DNA from: Desulfatiglandales bacterium
GTDB taxonomy: Bacteria; Desulfobacterota; DSM-4660; Desulfatiglandales; Desulfatiglandaceae
Reading direction: 5' to 3'
DNA length: 64,000 bases
Assembly (NCBI GenBank): GCA_963662465.1
Contig: OY759599.1
Location: forward strand, 2,048,001-2,112,000
Shown here: piece after piece, positions 29,488 to 38,983 of the stretch
Position numbering within the stretch: the stretch's first letter is position 1
How the letters are laid out: every line of letters starts with the position of its first letter
The notes under the pieces: model-generated
The model's input: only the letters and a program-made list of their open reading frames with translations
Databases searched by the model: none
What the model was told of the DNA's origin: nothing
Translations under genes and position numbers: made by a program

Positions 29488-30111
29488 ATGGGTTTCATAA
29501 CCGGATCGGGAAGCTTTACCAGATACCAGGTAAAGGGCAAGCCCGCGGAAAATTTTCTGGAAGGTCTGGCTGACAAAATTGGCCGTTACGCTTTCAAAAA
29601 TCTGACGGATATTTCCACGGAAGAACGGTCCGCGGGATGGGTTAATATCATGGATATGTTCGATAACCGGTTTTCGGAACTTGAATTCCTTAAAGAGCCC
29701 TACATCGCCATGTCCCTTCGCGTAGATGAAAGAAAAACTCCCGCAACAGCTATCAAAAAGTACTGCCTGGAAGCCGAAGAAAAGATCAAGGCAGCCGAGA
29801 ATCTGGACTTTTTGCATAAAAAGCGGCGTGCGGACATCAAGGAAGGCGTGAGGCTTCGTCTCCTTAAAAGGGCAATTCCCAGTTCTAAGGCTCACGACAT
29901 GATCTGGAACTACAACACCGGCGACGTTATTTTCGCCTCTACCAATACCAAGCTCTGCGACGAATTTCAGGAACGTTTTCTTCAAACCTTTGATTTCCAT
30001 CTTCTGGCCATGTGCCCTTACACCCTCGGCGGCAAATTCCTCGAAAAAAAAGGGGATTCCCCCGAGTTCATTGACGGCCTGAGCCCTACGAATTTATGGG
30101 AGGAACCCTAA
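29488..30111 (+). CDS. RdgC-like recombination-associated protein
   Basis: EERSAGWV...YIAMSLRVDERKTP...IKEGVRLRLLKRAIPS pattern. Confidence 0.7.
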   Translation: MGFITGSGSFTRYQVKGKPAENFLEGLADKIGRYAFKNLTDISTEERSAGWVNIMDMFDNRFSELEFLKEPYIAMSLRVDERKTPATAIKKYCLEAEEKIKAAENLDFLHKKRRADIKEGVRLRLLKRAIPSSKAHDMIWNYNTGDVIFASTNTKLCDEFQERFLQTFDFHLLAMCPYTLGGKFLEKKGDSPEFIDGLSPTNLWEEP

Positions 30112-30114
30112 AAC

Positions 30115-30639
30115 ATGCAACTGCTTGAAAAAGTAAAAAAAACTGAATTTCTGGGAAGGGAATTCCTGGCTTGGCTGTGGTTCAGAACGGAAACGGACAG
30201 GGGAAATTTCAAACTGGGCGATAAAAATGTTGAAATCTGGTTTGATGGAAAAATCACCCTTCAAGGGGAAAATGAAAAAGGCCTTGAAATCATCACCTGC
30301 AGCGGCGAAAGCCAGAACATGAAAGAAGCGCGTTTCGCTCTGGCAAAAAACAAGGAGATTGTTCAAGCCACTCTCGTACTCAACATCGGCGACAACCAGT
30401 GGTCCTTTGTTCTGGACTCCCTCTGGATGAATTTCAAAACCTTCAAGGCGCCAAAGGTCGTTCAGGACAAAGAAGACGACGCGGACGGAATCTTTTATGA
30501 AAAAATGTTCCTCATTGAAGAGGCGGTGTCCGCCATGGATGGCATTTACGCCGAGTTCATGGAACAGCGTATCTCACCGGAATGGCTGACGGAAGAAACC
30601 CCCGCTCTTGTCCAATGGATCAGCGAAGGCAAAAAATAG
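30115..30639 (+). CDS. Conserved hypothetical protein paired with the RdgC-like gene
   Basis: FLGREFLAWLWF...EARFALAKNK; starts 3 nt after the upstream gene. Confidence 0.7.
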   Translation: MQLLEKVKKTEFLGREFLAWLWFRTETDRGNFKLGDKNVEIWFDGKITLQGENEKGLEIITCSGESQNMKEARFALAKNKEIVQATLVLNIGDNQWSFVLDSLWMNFKTFKAPKVVQDKEDDADGIFYEKMFLIEEAVSAMDGIYAEFMEQRISPEWLTEETPALVQWISEGKK

Positions 30640-30749
30640 CGTATGTTGTAACCGTTCACAGGGTGCAGTTGTCAGGGTGCGGAAAAACCAGTTTCGAATT
30701 TTATCCTGCCCCCTATGAACAGTTACGTATTTTTTTATGCCGGCAAAAA

Positions 30750-32024
30750 CTACTTCCAGTAATAAAGAGCTGAGCCCCCGAGTTCCTGTTCAATTTCAAG
30801 GAGTCGGTTGTACTTTGCCATCCGTTCGCTTCGACTGGCTGACCCGGTCTTGAGGTGCCCCCCATCCATGGCCACGGCAAAATCCGCCAGAAAAGCGTCT
30901 TCCGTTTCTCCCGAACGGTGGCTCAAAAAATAACGCCACCCCGCATCCCGGCACATGCGAACCGCTTCAATGGATTCGGTTACGGTTCCGATCTGATTCA
31001 GCTTAATAAGGGCGGCGTTGGCCGCCCCCTCTTTTATGCCGCGGGTAATGTACCGGGTGTTGGTGACAAAAAGGTCATCCCCCACCACTTCGATTTTCTC
31101 TCCCAGTTTCTCAGTTAACCGCGTAAATCCCTTCCAGTCCCTCTCGGCCAGGGGATCCTCCCACAAAACAATGGGATATTTCGCAACCCATTCCTCGCAA
31201 AGCGCAATCATTTGATCGCTTTTCATTTCACCGGCCCCGGACCATTTCAAATCATAGGGGCCCTCCTGCCCCAGGGAAAAAGAGCTGGCGGCGCTGTCAA
31301 TGGCAATGGCGATATCGACCCCCGGTTTGTATCCGGCCTTTAAAATGGCTTCGATGATAATTTCCATGGCCGCTTCATTGCTGTCGAGATTGGGCGCATA
31401 GCCCCCCTCGTCGCCCACACTGGTGGCCAGACCGCGGGATTTGAGGATTTTCTTCAACACGTGGAAGGTTTCCGCCACATACCGAAGACCCTCCCGGAAG
31501 GTCGGCGCCCCCAGGGGAACCGCCATGAACTCCTGAAAATCAACGCTGTTGTCCGCATGTTCACCACCGTTTAAGATGTTCATGCAGGGCACGGGCAACC
31601 GCCGTGCGCCGGCGCCCCCCAGATACCGGTATAGCGGAATCCCCACTGAAGCCGCCGCCGCCCGGGCAACCGCCATGGAAACACCCAGGATAGCATTGGC
31701 GCCCAGATTCGATTTGTTTTCCGTACCGTCCAAGTCGATCATGCACCTGTCGATCAGTGCCTGTTGAACCGCATTCATGCCCATCAGGGCCCGGCTGATT
31801 TTTTCATTGACATTGGCCACGGCCCGCAAAACACCTTTTCCACCGTAGCGTTTCGGATCATTGTCACGCAGCTCAACGGCCTCATTTTCGCCGGTGCTGG
31901 CGCCTGAAGGGACGGACGCCGCTGCCCGGGTGCCATCGCTCAACCCCACCACCACACGCACCGTGGGATTGCCGCGGGAATCAAGAATCTCCATAGCCTC
32001 TATTAACGTGATATTAGCGTTCAT
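30750..32024 (-). CDS. eno: Enolase
   Basis: EILDSRGNPT, VPSGASTG, VGDEGG, SHRSGETED and RSERMAKYN. Confidence 0.97.
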   Translation of the reverse strand: MNANITLIEAMEILDSRGNPTVRVVVGLSDGTRAAASVPSGASTGENEAVELRDNDPKRYGGKGVLRAVANVNEKISRALMGMNAVQQALIDRCMIDLDGTENKSNLGANAILGVSMAVARAAAASVGIPLYRYLGGAGARRLPVPCMNILNGGEHADNSVDFQEFMAVPLGAPTFREGLRYVAETFHVLKKILKSRGLATSVGDEGGYAPNLDSNEAAMEIIIEAILKAGYKPGVDIAIAIDSAASSFSLGQEGPYDLKWSGAGEMKSDQMIALCEEWVAKYPIVLWEDPLAERDWKGFTRLTEKLGEKIEVVGDDLFVTNTRYITRGIKEGAANAALIKLNQIGTVTESIEAVRMCRDAGWRYFLSHRSGETEDAFLADFAVAMDGGHLKTGSASRSERMAKYNRLLEIEQELGGSALYYWK

Positions 32025-32130
32025 ACGATCTCCTCCGGAAAATAGTTTTCAATTGATCAAACCCTTGACAGATTACAGCATAACCGGCAGAATGAACAGA
32101 TGAAAAATAACCGGTTCATCTGAAAAGCCC

Positions 32131-32436
32131 ATGAAAAGACCCAAGAGCGAATTGATCCCCATCGGAGATATCATCGCCACCCTGCTGACGGACGGCACTC
32201 TGCCTTATAAGCAAGATGACGTAGAAATCTGGCGGGTATGGAAAGAGGTGGTGGGACAGACTTATGCTGAAAATTCCCGGCCCTCAAAAATTCGAAACAA
32301 ACAGTTGACGGTGTCGGTTTCCGATTCCATATGGCTGCAGGAGATGACCTATTACAAGGAAATCATCCTTGAAAAACTCAACCAAAGACTCGGGAGAATA
32401 GCGGTTGACAAGATCAATATCAGGGTTGGGGCATAA
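32131..32436 (+). CDS. DUF721 / DciA-like protein
   Basis: WKEVVG..YAENSRP.KI...L.V.VSDSIWLQEM. Confidence 0.8.
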   Translation: MKRPKSELIPIGDIIATLLTDGTLPYKQDDVEIWRVWKEVVGQTYAENSRPSKIRNKQLTVSVSDSIWLQEMTYYKEIILEKLNQRLGRIAVDKINIRVGA

Positions 32437-33114
32437 TAGAAAAATTTCCCTGACCCAATAGCGGCGGTAGAATTTCCAATCCGGGCCTGCCACCCAGGGA
32501 CGCCTCGATCAACGCCAGTTTGGCATTGGCATCAAGATCCGGATAGTGAATCCTGACCCGCTTCGGCTCCAGATTGAAACGCCGCAAACGAACAAAAATT
32601 TCAGCCAGACGGACCGCTGGATAGACCAGCGCAAACCGTCCTTTTTTCCCCAGAAGTGTTGAGGCGGCCCGCAGGAGATCGTCCGGAGACGTCAGGATCT
32701 CGTGCCTGGCAATGGCCTTTTGCGGGTGGGGGTTGATACGCCCGCTGTTGATTTTTCGGTAGGGGGGATTGCAAACCACCACATCAGCGCATCCCGCGGC
32801 AAACGGTACATGGCGCATATCGCCCCTCACCACATCCATCCTTTCAAAAAACCCATTGAGCCTGGCATTCCGCACTGCCTGGGAGACAAGACGCTCTTGA
32901 ACTTCCAGTCCGAAAACACGCCTCACAGGTTTTGTGAGCAGCAGGATCAAGGGAATCACCCCGCAACCCGTACCCAAATCAAACACCACCTCCCCGGGAC
33001 GTATGGTCGCGAACTCGGATAGCAGGGCGGCGTCAATGGAAAACGGTAGCCGTCCCTGGATTGGATGAGCTTCAACCGACCCCCCATAAATAAGTCGATG
33101 CCCTCATCAGGCAA
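32420..33114 (-). pseudogene. tRNA1(Val) A37 N6-methyltransferase-like gene with a 1-nt frameshift (real or sequencing error)
   Basis: LKLIQSRDGYRF|SIDAALL...DLGTGCG...NPPY...ARHE; the frame breaks in the 4-A run at 33040-33043. Confidence 0.8.
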
Positions 33115-33124
33115 CAGACTGATT

Positions 33125-34510
33125 TCAGGGGACTGATATGATTTCCTTGGGATCAATTTTATTGAGTACCAAACCCGTCAATACCTTGGGATAAAAGAAG
33201 GTGGATTTTCTCGGCATCACAAGACCATTTTCCGCCACCTCGGTCACATGCTCGATTTTAGTGGCATTTAACATGAACATCATCTGATATTCTCCCGATG
33301 CCACACTCGAAAGGGCCTGGGACGTATCGCTCTGATACTGAAAAATTTCATCGTCGTCCAACCCTTCCCGGGTAAACCCCAGGCATTTCTGAAAGCCCAG
33401 CCGGGAAAGCACCACTACATCCAGCTTCTTAAGGGAGTCGTGAAGATCCACGCCCATTTCCCTTTTCATTCCCTCTTTGAGGGAAAGAAGGCGCCACTGG
33501 TCGCTGCCATGGAGGAAAAAAGCAAATGACGTCCTTTTCCGTCCAGCCTCCCACAAGGCATCCTTGTAGGTTTCATATTCCTTGACCATCCCATTGGATG
33601 AAACGGGAAATGAGGCAATATCAAACCACTGTTTTGCCTTTGCGACAAAGGCTTCCTCATTAAACCCGGGCACGCGTTTTACCATCCGGTGAGAAGGAAG
33701 GATGGTCAAGCCCTTATCCCGCATGTTGGACATATACATCATGACAAATTCATAAGATTTGTCGGCCGGTTTCCGGCCATGCCTGGACCGCATGATATTC
33801 CGGTAATTGCGGGAAGTCTCATAGCGATGGTGTCCATCGGCGATGAAAATAGTCTTTTCCCGCATTGACCGCGCCACCCGGCTGAAAAGTCGCGGATCTT
33901 CGAGAATCCACAGACGGTGCCGGGTGCCATCGGGAAGTTGAAAATCCATTTGAGGCGTCAGGTCCGCGGATTCGCGGCAGGCATTCAAGACCACATTTTC
34001 ACGGTCGTCATAGAGCCCGAAAATCTGGCTGAATTGTGCGCCGCAAGCCCTGAAAAGTTTCAAGCGATCTTCTTTGTGGGCGGAAAAGGTTCTTTCGTGG
34101 GGAAGGATAACGCCCGACCCCTCATCTTCAATGCGGGCCAATGCAATAACACCCCACCGGGTTCGCATGGGCATGCCGTTGCCGGGATTGTATGTCATGG
34201 CCGTCAGGTAAAGGCAGGGATGGGCGCCGCGAATCAGCGTTCTGTTGGACTGCCATCGCTGAAAGTCATCCGCGGCTCGGGTGTATCGATTGTCCCAATC
34301 CGAATCACCCGTTCTCTTTTCGCCTAAGATTAATCGGATGACATTATGGGTATCCGCCTGGTAATATCCACGCTGTTCCTCCGGGGAAATCACATCATAA
34401 GGGGGCGCGACAAGTCGAGAAATATCTTTGTTTTCGTTAAAGTTGTAGGTTAAACCTTTAAAGGGTGCGATCGTTAACATGTGTGACTCCTTGAAATAAA
34501 CCCAACACAA
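33125..34510 (-). CDS. DUF1015 family protein
   Basis: APPYDVIS, ILPHERT, IADGHHRYET and MPRKSTFFYPK. Confidence 0.9.
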   Translation of the reverse strand: MCWVYFKESHMLTIAPFKGLTYNFNENKDISRLVAPPYDVISPEEQRGYYQADTHNVIRLILGEKRTGDSDWDNRYTRAADDFQRWQSNRTLIRGAHPCLYLTAMTYNPGNGMPMRTRWGVIALARIEDEGSGVILPHERTFSAHKEDRLKLFRACGAQFSQIFGLYDDRENVVLNACRESADLTPQMDFQLPDGTRHRLWILEDPRLFSRVARSMREKTIFIADGHHRYETSRNYRNIMRSRHGRKPADKSYEFVMMYMSNMRDKGLTILPSHRMVKRVPGFNEEAFVAKAKQWFDIASFPVSSNGMVKEYETYKDALWEAGRKRTSFAFFLHGSDQWRLLSLKEGMKREMGVDLHDSLKKLDVVVLSRLGFQKCLGFTREGLDDDEIFQYQSDTSQALSSVASGEYQMMFMLNATKIEHVTEVAENGLVMPRKSTFFYPKVLTGLVLNKIDPKEIISVP

Positions 34511-34585
34511 TCAAAATAATTTTTCAGATTTTCATGAAATATATGCTATGTCAAGAAAATTTATTTTCAAAAAGGAATATGATTT

Positions 34586-35944
34586 ATGAAATTCAGTTAT
34601 CCACCCGAACGTCAAACGCACCCTTCCATAGAGATGCCGGATCTCATCATCCAGGGCGGTACAGCCGTCACCATGGTCCCGGGGCAAAAACCGATCTCCG
34701 ATGCACGCGTCCTCATCAAAAAAGACCGTATCCTGGAAATCGGTCCGTCGTCTGAAATACCCTTACCGCAGGGTTTACCGGTTGAAATAGTGGATGCACG
34801 GGACGCCATTATTATGCCGGGGCTGGTGAATGCCCATGCCCACACGGCCATGACCCTTTTTCGGGGATTCGCGGATGATCTCCCCTTGAACCAGTGGCTT
34901 TTCGACAAAATATTTCCGGCGGAGGCCGAGTTTCTTTCCCCGGAAACGGTTTACCGGGGCGCCCTTCTGGGTTGCATTGAAATGATCGCATCGGGAACCA
35001 CCTGCCTGGCGGATGGTTATTTTTTCCAGGACCAGACAGTTCGCGCCGTCCATGAGTCGGGGCTCAGGGGACTCCTGGCCCAGGGCGTCATCGATTTTCC
35101 CGCCCCGGGGGTTCCCGATCCAAAGGAGAATATTCGTATCGGACAAGATTTTTTGAAAAAATGGCGCCATTTTTCGGACCGGATCACGCCGGGCCTTTTT
35201 TGCCACAGCCCGGCAACCTGTTCTGAAAAAACCTTGCGGCGTGCATACGATCTTTCACGGGAGTATGGCGCGCCACTCCAGATCCACCTTTCAGAGACCG
35301 CCATGGAGGTTAATGAAATTATCAAGCGATCCGGCAAAAGGCCCGCGCACTATCTGGACCGACTCGGCCTGCTAAATGCCGACCTCATTGCGGCGCACGG
35401 AGTTCATCTGGACGAAACCGAATTGGCTTGTCTTTATGAAAAGGGCGTCAAAATGGTGCATGTTCCTGAAAGCAACATGAAATTAGCCTCCGGCATCGCA
35501 CCGTTGACCCGCATAATGGAAATGGGGTTGACAACCGGTCTGGGCACTGACGGTTGCGCTTCCAACAACAACCTGGATCTTTTCGGTGAAATGGACACCG
35601 CCGCCAAACTGGCCAAAGTGTCAACCCGAAACCCCGAGGCCGCAAAAGCCTACGACGTGCTTAAAATGGCAACCCTCGACGGCGCGGCGGCCCTGGGAAT
35701 CGACAAAGAGACGGGAAGCCTTGAAAAAGGAAAAAAGGCCGATATTATTGTTGTAGACCTGAAGGCGCCACACCTTTGCCCGCTGTTTGACCCCGTGTCA
35801 GCACTGGTTTATTCCGCCTGCGGCGCCGATGTAAAAGACGTGGTGGTCAACGGGGTACTTCTCATGAAGGAAAGAGAATTCCGGTCACTGGATCAGGTTG
35901 AAATCATGAATAAAGTCAGAGAATTTCGCAAAAAGATTCAATAG
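34586..35944 (+). CDS. Amidohydrolase, MTA/SAH deaminase (MtaD) family
   Basis: PGLVNAHAH, IHLSET, AAHGVHL, PESNMKLASG and GLGTDG.ASNN.LD. Confidence 0.85.
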   Translation: MKFSYPPERQTHPSIEMPDLIIQGGTAVTMVPGQKPISDARVLIKKDRILEIGPSSEIPLPQGLPVEIVDARDAIIMPGLVNAHAHTAMTLFRGFADDLPLNQWLFDKIFPAEAEFLSPETVYRGALLGCIEMIASGTTCLADGYFFQDQTVRAVHESGLRGLLAQGVIDFPAPGVPDPKENIRIGQDFLKKWRHFSDRITPGLFCHSPATCSEKTLRRAYDLSREYGAPLQIHLSETAMEVNEIIKRSGKRPAHYLDRLGLLNADLIAAHGVHLDETELACLYEKGVKMVHVPESNMKLASGIAPLTRIMEMGLTTGLGTDGCASNNNLDLFGEMDTAAKLAKVSTRNPEAAKAYDVLKMATLDGAAALGIDKETGSLEKGKKADIIVVDLKAPHLCPLFDPVSALVYSACGADVKDVVVNGVLLMKEREFRSLDQVEIMNKVREFRKKIQ

Positions 35945-36151
35945 TGAAAATTGATTATTCCAAAAGGAATACGTCGGATTTTCATATAATCGCCATGGTT
36001 TTTTGATACCTGTTTTGAGAAAAACCATTGCCTTAACGCGCTTTTGTTGATATCTAAATCAAGACAATAACCGCTCACTTAAAATTCAAAGGATGCGGGA
36101 TAGTTCAAAGGATTCGCTCACATCATAATAACGGTGGTATAAAATATTGAT

Positions 36152-37516
36152 ATGCGCAAAAAACGAAACGCCGCTTTAATATTGGCCATCAGCGCCATTG
36201 TCGTTGTCTTTGGTTTTATCGGATGGTTTCTCGTCTCCATTTTTGAGGGAGAAAAACCACAGATTCAGTTGGCTTCCCTTCCCGTTTTCCTTGCCAAAAC
36301 CACAGAAATACCCCTCGTTGTAACCGATGTAAAAAGAGGCATCAGAACCATCAAGGTCACGCTGAAACAGGGCAACCGCCATGTCACGCTTCTGGAAAAA
36401 CACTTTTCCTTTGAAGGATTGCTGAACGCGGAAGGCGCCCATCGGTTTGACGCCGTCCTATCCATCAACCCAACAGATCTCAATCAGGGAAGGGTCGATC
36501 TTGAGGTGTACGCCTGGGATTATTCAAGGAGCAACGGCGGAGACGGCAATCTGACCATATCCGAACATCAGATGACCATTGACACCATCCCCCCGGCTCT
36601 CAGGCTGGTCAGTCGACTCAATTACGTGAATGAAGGCGGTTCCGGCCTGGTGGTCTACCAAACCACATCGGATGCCGTTAAAAGCGGACTTTATGTGGAA
36701 AACCGTTTTTTTCCCGGATTTCCGGCGCCCAAAAATGCAGATCAAGGGATGCATGTCTGCTATTTTGGAATTCCCGTTAACGCCAAAAAGGATATCAATC
36801 TTTTTTTGTGGGCTGAAGACAAGGCGAAAAATATTTCAAAAGCCAATCTCAACCGAAGTATTCATATTCGCGAAAAAAATTTCCGTACACGAAAGATCAA
36901 CATTTCGGACCGGTTTCTCGATGAAATACTCCCTTACTTTGCCCCTGAATTGAAGGATCCAACAGCCCAAAACATGGTTAAATTTCTTGAAATCAACCAG
37001 CGGGTCAGAAAAGAGAACAGCGAAGTATTTTACAGCCTGCGGACCAATACCCGTCCTGAACAGTTGTGGGAAGGCTTGTGGCTCAGGCTCGAAAATGCCG
37101 CAACAATGGCAAAATTCGGAGACAAACGTCTTTATTATTATAAAGACAACGTGATTGATGAACAGATTCACATGGGCATTGACCTGGCCTCCCTGGCCAA
37201 CTCAAAGGTTGGGGCCGTTAACAATGGTCGCGTCATTTTTGCCGATCGACTGGGGATATACGGTTTAACCGTAGTCCTCGATCACGGACAGGGACTGGCC
37301 TCCACCTATTCCCACCTCAGCCACATCAATGTAAAACCGGAACAGACCGTCGCCAAAGGGGATGTCGTCGCAAAGACGGGCCAAACAGGACTGGCGGGTG
37401 GGGATCACCTTCACTTCGGCATCATGGTCAACGGTCTCTTTGTCAATCCCATTGAATGGTGGGACAGCCACTGGATCAAGGACAACGTTACCCGGAAGCT
37501 GGACGCCATAAAATAA
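36152..37516 (+). CDS. M23 family metallopeptidase
   Basis: HMGIDLAS, YGLTVVLDHG...YSHLS and GDHLHFG. Confidence 0.9.
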   Translation: MRKKRNAALILAISAIVVVFGFIGWFLVSIFEGEKPQIQLASLPVFLAKTTEIPLVVTDVKRGIRTIKVTLKQGNRHVTLLEKHFSFEGLLNAEGAHRFDAVLSINPTDLNQGRVDLEVYAWDYSRSNGGDGNLTISEHQMTIDTIPPALRLVSRLNYVNEGGSGLVVYQTTSDAVKSGLYVENRFFPGFPAPKNADQGMHVCYFGIPVNAKKDINLFLWAEDKAKNISKANLNRSIHIREKNFRTRKINISDRFLDEILPYFAPELKDPTAQNMVKFLEINQRVRKENSEVFYSLRTNTRPEQLWEGLWLRLENAATMAKFGDKRLYYYKDNVIDEQIHMGIDLASLANSKVGAVNNGRVIFADRLGIYGLTVVLDHGQGLASTYSHLSHINVKPEQTVAKGDVVAKTGQTGLAGGDHLHFGIMVNGLFVNPIEWWDSHWIKDNVTRKLDAIK

Positions 37517-37525
37517 GGTATATTT

Positions 37526-37713
37526 TCAGATGCTTACATTTTCTCAAACAAATCATAAAAGGAATAGTCTTTGTTCCCTTTCCAATGTTCCATGGCAATC
37601 GTTCCCTTAATGCCGTCTGTATAGAAATGCGTCGGAAATCTTTCTATTTCAAACAACGCTTTTCGGTTCTCGGTTTCCATTACAGCCAAGCTTGCATGCA
37701 GCTTTTCCAAAGG
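37526..37713 (-). pseudogene. Decayed copy of the 3' end of the gene at 48571-49674
   Basis: Aligns by eye with 48571-48786, with an internal deletion of about 27 bp and a frameshift near the stop. Confidence 0.85.
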
Positions 37714-37791
37714 CTTATTGACTTCGTCTACATTTGTTTGTAAATGACCCTCATACGTAATATCCCGCCCTCAAATAAAGGAGTTTTGAAG

Positions 37792-38982
37792 ATGAAAAGA
37801 ATAATTAGGGTTCTAACTGTTTTCGCAGCATTTTGCGGCCCTTTATTTCTGTCTTGCAGTAATGATGACAGCCACAATTATTTAAATCCCGTATATGATC
37901 TAAGACCACTCACCCGGGTTTTCGAGGAATTTGATGTAACCCCCCAGCTTCAAAATTTACGCATGAACCCCGGAAAAAAATCCAGGCATATGTCGGTTTC
38001 ATCCGGAAAGGAAATGATGCCGAAACTCCATAGCACTTTCTTCCAGGAATCCGCCGTCGTCGAAGAGACCCTTACCTTCACATACGGCGACAACGCCCAT
38101 TTGTTCTGGACGGAGGCCATGGGTAAAGACGCCGATGGAAGCACGGTGGCCACAGCCGTACAGACCTTGAATGATGCGGGTTTTCCCACACGCGTCCTGT
38201 GGTATGACGGCGAGGGCGGTTTCATGTATGGTTATGATTACACATACGACGAAACCTTATATTTACCGACGTCCGTCATCTGTTATTTGGATGATCCGAC
38301 AAACAATCCGGATGCCCGAAGAAATTATGAATTCGTGAAGGTTTGGAACAAAGACGGTATTCTCACCACCAAAAGCGAAGTTGAATATGATTCCGAAAGG
38401 ATCAAAGTTTTTGAAGGAAAATGGCGGTCTACGACCCTCCGGAACGCCTTGCGAGGTGCAGGCGGTTACGGCTTTTGGGAAGAGTTGCGAGAATATGAGG
38501 AAGGACAATTGACGGCTCAAGAAGAAACCACCTTCAATCAGGATGGATACCCTGAAACCTGGCGTATTGACGAGAACGGTGATGGAACCTTTGAATTGGT
38601 CTATTACTCGGAAATTGAAAAAACACCCGAAGGATACCTTGAATCGGTTACCTGGCTGGAAGACGGTACGGGCAATAAATATACGAAAACAATCTTGGCT
38701 TATGACGATGAAGGACTTCTGAAAAATACCAAAGATTACGATTGGGAGGATGATGGATTTATTTTGGATATCATCATTTCGGACGTGTGGTATCAAAATC
38801 CCGTCAACGGCCCCACAGGGGGGATGCATGTTTATTTCCAATCGGATGAGGCGGGCAACCCCGTGGGGACATATGAAACAGTGGACTGGACCGAAACCCT
38901 CATGGCTCACCACTACTTTTCGGACTCCGGAGAAGAATCCATGAGGATAACGGAATCACTGCAAAAAATATGGCTTCAATAA
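37792..38982 (+). CDS. Hypothetical acidic, Tyr-rich lipoprotein
   Basis: AAGGAG RBS; MKRIIRVLTVFAAFCGPLFLSCSNDDS; repeated Y.YD/AYDDEG beta-hairpin-like segments. Confidence 0.7.
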   Translation: MKRIIRVLTVFAAFCGPLFLSCSNDDSHNYLNPVYDLRPLTRVFEEFDVTPQLQNLRMNPGKKSRHMSVSSGKEMMPKLHSTFFQESAVVEETLTFTYGDNAHLFWTEAMGKDADGSTVATAVQTLNDAGFPTRVLWYDGEGGFMYGYDYTYDETLYLPTSVICYLDDPTNNPDARRNYEFVKVWNKDGILTTKSEVEYDSERIKVFEGKWRSTTLRNALRGAGGYGFWEELREYEEGQLTAQEETTFNQDGYPETWRIDENGDGTFELVYYSEIEKTPEGYLESVTWLEDGTGNKYTKTILAYDDEGLLKNTKDYDWEDDGFILDIIISDVWYQNPVNGPTGGMHVYFQSDEAGNPVGTYETVDWTETLMAHHYFSDSGEESMRITESLQKIWLQ

Positions 38983-38983
38983 T

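Noticed and set aside
37456..37743. Plus-strand ORFs 37456-37743 and 48475-48675 sharing FLKQIIKGIVFVPFPMFHGNR as a new small-protein family
   Set aside because: The shared peptide is just the antisense reading of the duplicated 3' end of gene X.
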